Part shown: piece after piece, positions 56,837 to 64,000 of the stretch | How the letters are laid out: every line of letters begins with the position of its first letter | Numbering within the stretch: position 1 is the first letter of the stretch | NCBI GenBank assembly: GCA_020348445.1 | Contig: CP070751.1 | Coordinates: forward strand, 3,713,002 to 3,777,001 | Source: Thermoplasmata archaeon | Lineage (GTDB): Archaea > Thermoplasmatota > Thermoplasmata > GCA-020350865 | Reading direction: 5' to 3' | Length of the DNA stretch: 64,000 nt | Notes under the pieces: model-generated | What the model was told of the DNA's origin: nothing | Database searches by the model: none | Seen by the model: only the letters and a program-made list of their open reading frames with translations | Program-made: the position numbers and the translations under genes

Positions 56837-58447
56837 TTACCTGGCCACAAGCCAAACAATCCCGATTTCATAGCTGTAATCATTTCCACTATCCGTGGAT
56901 CCAGTTATCCCAAAGGGATCTTCTTGATCTCCTGCATCCTCAAGGCTTATTGTCACTGTAACTTCGTATTCATCGCCTTCATTTGCAATGACATTAGCAA
57001 TATCCTCTATGGTGAAAGAAAGTTCAGTAGAAACACTTCCCTCCTCTCCATGGGCATTGGAACCAGTATCCTCGGAAGAAGTATTGAGGCCGGATATGAT
57101 AACGTTAAATGTGTCTGGCTGGTTTTCATATGAAATTATAATACCTCCCCCATCAGGTTCATCTGTCCAAGTAACTGTTATCGTGACTTCTTTGAGGTAC
57201 CTATCTTTTTCAGATCTAAAAGACATTGTTTTTGATTGTCCTTCACCTAGAGAGCCGGAACCTGTTTCTAGCTCTGCGGACGCTATAAGTGATTCCAAAT
57301 ATCCAACATCTGCACCACCACCTCCTCCGCCATAATACATCTTGGAAAGGTCAGTTTCTCCAAAGGCATGTGTTATGCCCACAAAAGCGCTGCACACCAC
57401 CATACAAAAGGCAACCAAGATGGCTAAAGTTGTAGTTACTGGCTTTTTCTCAAAATCGTGATCATGTACAAAGTCTTGCAGGGATAGGAATATTCCCCCG
57501 AATGCAGGTTCACCCCGTCTGTGAGGCTGCCAATAATATTTGTGGATGAAATAGAAAAACAGAATCATAATTGCGTCGGCAATGAGGCTGGTTCCTATGT
57601 TTACCAATGAATAGGTTGCAGGGTCCATTGATGTTTCTGCACTTTGAAAATAGAAAACCGAAAGCTGCCAGTTGCCCATGCCGTGCATGACTATGCAGGC
57701 AAAGATATTTCTTGAATAGATATAAAGAACCCCGAACACGAAGCCAGCCGATATCCAACCCCAAAGGGCAGCCACAAATATATGGGGAGGAAGTTCATAG
57801 ACAAAAAGGGCGATTGGAATATGGCTGCATCCAAACAAAACAGAAGAGAAAAACAGGGCCTGCCAATTTGGTAAAACCCGGGCTGACTGGTCCTGGGCAA
57901 AGCTTCTAAATTCCAGCTCCTCCACAGGCCCAACTACAAAGAACTGGACGAAGGTCATTATACTGAACAATAATGGCGGGTCCAGTAAATTGAAGAATGT
58001 CATGGTTCCAGGTGCGGTTCCCCCTGCTGCACCTGCCAATGCATCGTATCCAAATTCCTCTAAAAGACGCCACATGATGGCCCCTATGAAGCCAACTATG
58101 ATTCCGCTCATAAGAAGTTTTTTCGTGAACTTAAATGGTAGGCCCCTTTCCTTTCTAACGTAGCGCCAGAAAACCAGAATCGGGATAAGATGTATCGTGG
58201 GTGAGAAAATGATATGGGCAATATAGAACTTAAGACTACCAAAGGGACTGATATAAGGTGCACTTATGTTTCTATATACTGCCCAAATACATATTTGGAC
58301 TATAATCACTCCTAAAATCAGCAATACATACTGCTGTTTTCCAGGAAGAGGCTTTTCACCTTTTGATGGTACACCATACCACTTGTTATCTTCCTGGATT
58401 TCTTCCTTAATATCTGTAGAACTAGTTTCTTCGGAGCCCTCCATCAA
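56837..58447 (-). CDS. CPBP (CAAX/Abi) intramembrane metalloprotease
   Basis: VEELEFRS; FG.SH; H..GN motifs. Confidence 0.82.
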   Translation of the reverse strand: MMEGSEETSSTDIKEEIQEDNKWYGVPSKGEKPLPGKQQYVLLILGVIIVQICIWAVYRNISAPYISPFGSLKFYIAHIIFSPTIHLIPILVFWRYVRKERGLPFKFTKKLLMSGIIVGFIGAIMWRLLEEFGYDALAGAAGGTAPGTMTFFNLLDPPLLFSIMTFVQFFVVGPVEELEFRSFAQDQSARVLPNWQALFFSSVLFGCSHIPIALFVYELPPHIFVAALWGWISAGFVFGVLYIYSRNIFACIVMHGMGNWQLSVFYFQSAETSMDPATYSLVNIGTSLIADAIMILFFYFIHKYYWQPHRRGEPAFGGIFLSLQDFVHDHDFEKKPVTTTLAILVAFCMVVCSAFVGITHAFGETDLSKMYYGGGGGGADVGYLESLIASAELETGSGSLGEGQSKTMSFRSEKDRYLKEVTITVTWTDEPDGGGIIISYENQPDTFNVIISGLNTSSEDTGSNAHGEEGSVSTELSFTIEDIANVIANEGDEYEVTVTISLEDAGDQEDPFGITGSTDSGNDYSYEIGIVWLVAR

Positions 58448-58631
58448 CTGTGCCCCCGGAATTCAATATCCAAATTCATACTCAGCGCTCTCATCCTCAT
58501 AATAAGCGTTACTTGCCCATAAACTCTTCGCCATTCTTTTTCCGATGGACATCACCTTTTACATACAGTTTGTTAAGCCAAAAAATTGTTCTACCACCTC
58601 ATCCAACTCGTTATTTTCTCGCTAAACTGAT

Positions 58632-59192
58632 CTAACTTTTATCTAATCCCATGGCCTTTGCATTTGGACACATTATCTTTGCTCTGCAGTGGACACATGC
58701 TGTCTTTCTAAACACAACTAACATTCGGAACAAGAGCAACCCCACAACCATTATGAATACACCCAAAAGTAAGATCGAGAAGTCAATAATCAAGGCTGGG
58801 ATTATGGCAACGATGGGAATAAAAAGGGAAGCCATATACAGTTTGTTATGGCTGAACCCTCCAGCTCGTTTTGGGAAGTTCTTTAAGTCACCTTCCTTTG
58901 CAATTTTCCTTGAAACAAGGTTCAATCCCGATGTGCAAACCGAATTTTTAAGTTTGTAGTATATACAATTTGGGCACACGGTAAGGGGCATAATAACATA
59001 CATCTGGGTAAATGCAAATACGAGGTATATGATCCCCAATAAGATACCCAAACCTGTGAAGTGATAACCAAGTATTATGCCGATACTTCCAAGTGAATAA
59101 TGAAAAATCGTAACTCCATTGTATATTATTATATTTGGCAATGGATATCTCGTATAAAGCTCTGCTTTTGGAATATGTTCTGCCTCATTCAT
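58632..59192 (-). CDS. Four-TM Cys-rich hypothetical protein
   Basis: CPNC...C and CVHC...CP motifs. Confidence 0.65.
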   Translation of the reverse strand: MNEAEHIPKAELYTRYPLPNIIIYNGVTIFHYSLGSIGIILGYHFTGLGILLGIIYLVFAFTQMYVIMPLTVCPNCIYYKLKNSVCTSGLNLVSRKIAKEGDLKNFPKRAGGFSHNKLYMASLFIPIVAIIPALIIDFSILLLGVFIMVVGLLLFRMLVVFRKTACVHCRAKIMCPNAKAMGLDKS

Positions 59193-59349
59193 TTTTATTC
59201 CTGCAATCTAATTACTATATCACTCGGCACAGGCAAAGAGCTTTATTTTGTTTTCGCTCTTCTTTAAATAATTTAGTACACAACAAAATGCTAGATAAAA
59301 ATAGAATCCAAGTAAGTAAGAATTTATTTCCAACATATATAATCAAATA

Positions 59350-60414
59350 TCAGCATATCCTTGGAACAGGGTCCCCAATAGGCATATCCACTATTCTCTT
59401 CCCGCCTACCGAGGTATTTAAAATAACTATTTCCTCACCTTTTTTTACTTCACCAATTATTGAAGCATCCTTACCCTCTTGAGTTTTTTTCAAAACCTCC
59501 ACAACGTCCTCGGCCTTCTCAGAAACCACCGCCATCACGGCTTTCCCCTCATTTGCTATGTTCAGCACCTCGATTCCCAGCATCTCACATGCTGCAATAA
59601 CAGGTTCTTTAATTGGTATATCATTTTCGTTGATATCTATGTTCACCTTGGATTTTTGGCTCCATTCATTCAGGGTATTGGCAAGTCCACCTCTTGTTGG
59701 ATCTTTCATGGCAACGATGCCACCCACCTCCAAAGCCTTGGATATCATAAAGTTGAGTGGACATGAATCGCTCTCTAACTTGGTTTCATAACCATAACCT
59801 TCCCTTGTTGAGAGGACGGTAATGCCATGATCCCCGATACTTCCAGATATGATGATCTTATCCCCCTCTCTAAGATTAGAATCAAGGAGCCATTTTCCCT
59901 CAAACTCCCGAAACTTCTTTACCTCTTCTATATTGGAATCCAAATGTCGCGACCTTTTTCCAATGCCTGAGGTATTTATGCATATCTTATCCAAAGCTCC
60001 CTTCTCCATGACTTTTGTATCTCCAGTAATTATTGGGATACCTGTCTCCTTTGAGACTTTTCCCACACTATCAAGTATCTTATCAAGATCAGAAATTAAA
60101 AGTCCCTCTTCAAGAATCAGGCCTAGGGATAGAGCAAGAGGTTGTGCACCCATGACTGATATATCGTTAATGGTGCCTGAAACAGCCAAATGGCCGATAT
60201 CCCCTCCTGGAAAAAAGATGGGCTTTACAACGTAAGAGTCGGTGGTAAAGATGATCCCCTCGATAATTCCAGCATCTTCCAAATCCTCGAGGGGAATTTC
60301 AATATCCCCATCTGATTTTACACCTGAAACCCGGTTTAAAATATTCTTTGCAATCAACTTCTGCATCACGGCCCCGCCGGCACCATGGGACAGTGTTATA
60401 CGGTCTTCACCCAT
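59350..60414 (-). CDS. hypE: Hydrogenase maturation protein HypE
   Basis: HGAGG, FTTDSYVV, DPTRGG, ANEG, C-terminal PRIC. Confidence 0.96.
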   Translation of the reverse strand: MGEDRITLSHGAGGAVMQKLIAKNILNRVSGVKSDGDIEIPLEDLEDAGIIEGIIFTTDSYVVKPIFFPGGDIGHLAVSGTINDISVMGAQPLALSLGLILEEGLLISDLDKILDSVGKVSKETGIPIITGDTKVMEKGALDKICINTSGIGKRSRHLDSNIEEVKKFREFEGKWLLDSNLREGDKIIISGSIGDHGITVLSTREGYGYETKLESDSCPLNFMISKALEVGGIVAMKDPTRGGLANTLNEWSQKSKVNIDINENDIPIKEPVIAACEMLGIEVLNIANEGKAVMAVVSEKAEDVVEVLKKTQEGKDASIIGEVKKGEEIVILNTSVGGKRIVDMPIGDPVPRIC

Positions 60415-60484
60415 TTAAACCACTCGCATAAAGGATTTTTATGTTCTTTGCCCAATGGAAGAAAAGGTAAGAAGAAATTAGGAA

Positions 60485-60745
60485 CTAAGCTGGTGGGGCT
60501 TCTCCCTCAACCACGACCTCGGTTACCACCCTTCGGGTATACACGTGAGGCTTTCCCCCTTCATCCTCGATTATCATTGCCTCGAAATTATCTTTTTTAT
60601 ATGCCTCTTCCGCTTTTTTTGCGTGTTCCATACCCTCGTAATCTTCTCCGTCCCACATGAATTTCTTTCCGTCTATGATTTTGAAGCTGTCGGGCATTAC
60701 TCTCATCCCCCAGTTGAATTTTCGGCCGTGTATTATCTTCATCAT
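60485..60745 (-). CDS. Small hypothetical protein (likely start 60706 or 60697)
   Basis: DGKKFMWDG...VYTRRVVTEVVVEG. Confidence 0.65.
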   Translation of the reverse strand: MMKIIHGRKFNWGMRVMPDSFKIIDGKKFMWDGEDYEGMEHAKKAEEAYKKDNFEAMIIEDEGGKPHVYTRRVVTEVVVEGEAPPA

Positions 60746-60778
60746 ATATCATTTTTGCTGACTTTTAAGTGTAAAATA

Positions 60779-61294
60779 TTAAAAGAATTTTTCCTCGATT
60801 AATTTACACATCTCACCAACTTTTTCTTCCAAGGTTTTTGATAATCCGGGCTCAACCTCTTCTGGTATCTTCTCCACCTGACAAGAGAGTATCCTCACAT
60901 CCACATTACAAAGATCCCTAAGCTCCCTTAAAAGATTGGATGTTGGCATTTGATGCATGGAGAAATCATCGATTTTATTCTCAGGAAGCTCCTCCAAATC
61001 GATTTCAAATATCTCTCCGTAAGGCCTTCCAAAATCCACTGCATCAACTATGATTATGGTATCGGGTCTTTGTTCGTCCAAGGTGATGTTGAACAACAAT
61101 TCCCTCACAGAAAGACCTGCATTGATCACATACACATTCTCTGGGATTTTGTAGTTCTTTTGAAGCTCCTCTACAACTGCAGACCCGAAACCATCATCTC
61201 CAAATAGGATGTTTCCGCACCCAAAGATCACTATAGATTTTCCCTTGTATTCTGGCATATCATCCAAATAAGGAACCTCCCAGCTCCGACACAT
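60779..61294 (-). CDS. Hydrogenase maturation endopeptidase
   Basis: GCGNILFGDDGFG, IVDAVD, SMHQ. Confidence 0.9.
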   Translation of the reverse strand: MCRSWEVPYLDDMPEYKGKSIVIFGCGNILFGDDGFGSAVVEELQKNYKIPENVYVINAGLSVRELLFNITLDEQRPDTIIIVDAVDFGRPYGEIFEIDLEELPENKIDDFSMHQMPTSNLLRELRDLCNVDVRILSCQVEKIPEEVEPGLSKTLEEKVGEMCKLIEEKFF

Positions 61295-61511
61295 CTGTAC
61301 TTCTAATAAAGTTTATGGTCGATTCAAGGATTTTTATAGGTTTCTATTTTCCCCCGTTCTGAAGGATAACAAACATAATAAAGCCATAATGAAACGATTT
61401 CAGTTAGTTTATCAAATATTTATACCATATTTCGTCAGTAATATATCGGTATGCGTAGTAGCTTTTATATACTTTCAAGCTATACCCATTCCTACCTTCG
61501 GAAGGAGGGAG

Positions 61512-62465
61512 ATGATGGTAAAAGTAGCAGAAGAATGGCTAAACATTTGTGGCGGTTGTGAAGTGACTGTTTTGGACATCGGCGAACCCTTGCTGGATTT
61601 GCTTCCATCCTTGGATTTCGTTCACATACCAGTGCTCATGGACCATAAGTACTTTGGACAGACTGGTGAGGATGATCCCAATGTGATACAGATTCCAGAG
61701 GCAGACGTAGGGATTATCTCCGGCGGCATTAGAAATGAGAAGGAAAAGCATGTTGCCGAAGCCATGCGTAAAAGCTGTAAGACCTTGATTGCTCTGGGCT
61801 CTTGTGCATGCTTTGGTGGTATCCCTGCATTGGCAAACATGTATACCTTAGATGATCTGACCAACAAAGTGTACAGAGAATCAATGACTACTGAGTCAGC
61901 TGATACCCCCTCGGACAACTTACCTCCTCTTTTAGACAGGGTTTATGCAGTGGACGAAGTCGTAAAAGTGGACCTTCAAATCCCAGGGTGTCCAACAAAT
62001 CCGGGACTTCTCGTTGAAGCTTTGACTGCGCTTTTAGAGGGTAAACCCTTCACTTTGCCAGAAAGGAGCGTATGCGATGATTGCCCTGTAAAAAGGGAGA
62101 AGAAGGCTGAAGTGGCAATAAAACGGCCCTTGCAGGATGCACAGTTCACCCCAGGTCAGTACGAGAGCATGAGATGCTTTAACGAACAGGGAATACTATG
62201 CTTAGGTCCAGTGACAAAATCAGGATGCGGCAAGCCCTACGAAGAAGGGGATGCCATGGTTCCACGCTGTGTCAAGGGTTACATGCCCTGTAGAGGTTGC
62301 TTCGGACCCATAAGAAAAGGCGCAAATCCACTTGTGGATATGATGAGCGCAATGTCAAGCATTGGTTTGGATGCCAAACAGGTAGATGACAGACGAGCAC
62401 TCCTAAACAGATATATTGGAGGACAGAAGAGATTAAGGCCCTTACCTGCGAGGCCACCGAGGTGA
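61512..62465 (+). CDS. mvhG: [NiFe]-hydrogenase small subunit, MvhG/VhuG-like
   Basis: SD GGAGG before ATG 61512; CGGCE, GSCACFGG, PGCP, CLGP, CRGCFGP. Confidence 0.8.
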   Translation: MMVKVAEEWLNICGGCEVTVLDIGEPLLDLLPSLDFVHIPVLMDHKYFGQTGEDDPNVIQIPEADVGIISGGIRNEKEKHVAEAMRKSCKTLIALGSCACFGGIPALANMYTLDDLTNKVYRESMTTESADTPSDNLPPLLDRVYAVDEVVKVDLQIPGCPTNPGLLVEALTALLEGKPFTLPERSVCDDCPVKREKKAEVAIKRPLQDAQFTPGQYESMRCFNEQGILCLGPVTKSGCGKPYEEGDAMVPRCVKGYMPCRGCFGPIRKGANPLVDMMSAMSSIGLDAKQVDDRRALLNRYIGGQKRLRPLPARPPR

Positions 62466-62470
62466 TATGA

Positions 62471-63916
62471 ATGGGAAAAACACTAACAATAGCACCGGTT
62501 TCAAGACTTGAAGGACACGCAAAAGTGACCATAAATTTGGATGATGCAGGCAATGTTGCAGACACCTTCGTAAATGTGGTGGAATTAAGAGGATTCGAGA
62601 AGTTCTGCATTGGAAGACCAGTGGAGGAGCTGCCCAGAATAACCACCAGTATATGCGGTGTCTGCCCGTGGTCCCATCATCTTGCCTCGGCAAAGGCAAA
62701 TGATGCGGTATTCGGGGTTCAGCCACCACCTGCAGGCGCGAAACTAAGAGACCTTTGCAACAGTATAGCCTATACAGAAGAGCATATCCTGCACTTCTAT
62801 TTCCTGGCAGGTGCGGACTTTGTCATGGGCCCGTCAGCTGCATATGCGGTAAGGAATGTGATAGGCATTGCAGGGCAACATCCAGATATCGCGAAGACGG
62901 TGGTTCGTAATCGTCATCTTGGGGCAAGGATGCTTGAGATTATCTCGGGCAAGGCTATACATCCAGTAACTGCCGTGCCTGGAGGTTATAGCAAACCGCT
63001 CACCGAGGATGAGAGACAGAAAGTGCTACCCATGGCGGAAGAGGTACTGGAATTTGCCAAGTTCACAATCAAGTATGCAAAGGAGAACATCTTCCCCAAG
63101 TACTTGGATACAGTGAAAACATTGGGTGTGATCAAAACCGGTTTTCTGGGTACCATTGCCGAGGACGGTTCTTTGAACTGTTATGATGGAAAACTACGCA
63201 TGATGAAACCTGACGGTAGCTACGAGGACTTCACTTACGAGGAGTACACAGATCATATTGGCGAGAAGGTTCTTCCCTGGAGCTACCTGAAATTCCCGTA
63301 TGCTAAAAAATGGGGTGAAGGCTTCGACATGAATCTGGAAGCTCCAAAGGGTATCTATCGAACCAATACGTTGGCAAGAATAAACGTAGCAGACAAGATG
63401 GCAACACCACTGGCACAGGAAGAATTCACAGAATTTAGGAACCAGTTCGGAAGACCAGCCCAATTGACCCTACTCTATCACTGGGCCAGGCTCATTGAGC
63501 TACTGTATCATGCAGAGCACATGGTAGAGCTACTAAACGACCCAGAGATTACAAGCACTGAAACAAGAGTTGCGGTCACTCCAAGAGCTGCAAGAGGTAT
63601 AGGTTGCACTGAGGCACCAAGAGGAACACTCATCCATGATTACGAGACTGACGAAAAGGGTATGATAAAGAACGTGAACCTTATCGTCGGTACAACCCAC
63701 AACAACGCACCGATAAACATGTCAGTGAAACAAGCAGCTACAACCCTGATAAAGGGCGGTGCTTACGACGAGGGCATACTGAATCAGGTGGAAATGAGCA
63801 TAAGGGCTTATGACCCGTGTCTCTCGTGCGCCACCCACAACCTTGACGGCACCATACCAGTAAAACTGGATATAATCGACCACAAGGGAAAACTCATAAA
63901 AACCTTTAAAAACTAA
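62471..63916 (+). CDS. mvhA: [NiFe]-hydrogenase large subunit, group 3c-like (MvhA)
   Basis: SRLEGH, ICGVC (L1), DPCLSCATH (L2) plus cleavable tail. Confidence 0.85.
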   Translation: MGKTLTIAPVSRLEGHAKVTINLDDAGNVADTFVNVVELRGFEKFCIGRPVEELPRITTSICGVCPWSHHLASAKANDAVFGVQPPPAGAKLRDLCNSIAYTEEHILHFYFLAGADFVMGPSAAYAVRNVIGIAGQHPDIAKTVVRNRHLGARMLEIISGKAIHPVTAVPGGYSKPLTEDERQKVLPMAEEVLEFAKFTIKYAKENIFPKYLDTVKTLGVIKTGFLGTIAEDGSLNCYDGKLRMMKPDGSYEDFTYEEYTDHIGEKVLPWSYLKFPYAKKWGEGFDMNLEAPKGIYRTNTLARINVADKMATPLAQEEFTEFRNQFGRPAQLTLLYHWARLIELLYHAEHMVELLNDPEITSTETRVAVTPRAARGIGCTEAPRGTLIHDYETDEKGMIKNVNLIVGTTHNNAPINMSVKQAATTLIKGGAYDEGILNQVEMSIRAYDPCLSCATHNLDGTIPVKLDIIDHKGKLIKTFKN

Positions 63917-64000
63917 ACTCCAATCTTTTTTCTTTTTTTTATTTTTCTCTAATTATACCCTATTTAGGAGGCTATATCAACGATCTTTACTTTAAAGTTC

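Noticed and set aside
859-63463. Many short antisense or alternate-frame ORFs in the track (e.g. 4005-4331, 15084-15677, 18949-19497, 53157-53681)
   Set aside because: Shadows of well-supported genes with no recognisable motifs

Overview
Archaeal chromosomal window, probably Thermoplasmatota (inferred from gatD/gatE, archaeal promoter and SD signals and the surface-protein types). Housekeeping flanks: nikR, tatAC, hypBF, gatD-glnA-gatE on the left; hypCAD, hypE, maturation protease and a group 3c-like [NiFe]-hydrogenase on the right. Between them (about 18.4-49.1 kb) is an accessory array in which most gene blocks are separated by a copy of one co-oriented, modular, highly palindromic intergenic element (about 20 full, partial or minimal copies). 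Full copies are about 220-360 bp, with terminal inverted repeats GACAATCCCCTCCT/AGGAGGGGATTGTC, nested stems and a switch point after GGGGCTTA. The cargo (toxin-antitoxin pairs, Fic, GNATs, TIR/NDT-like proteins, domain-shuffled surface proteins) resembles integron cassette cargo, but the sites are not attC and no integrase is in the window. An IS110-family (IS1111-type) element sits inside one copy, and its downstream non-coding region has a readable two-loop bridge/seek-RNA whose target guides match the repeat. No rRNA, tRNA or CRISPR array was found. All family assignments come from motif recognition by eye; no searches were run.
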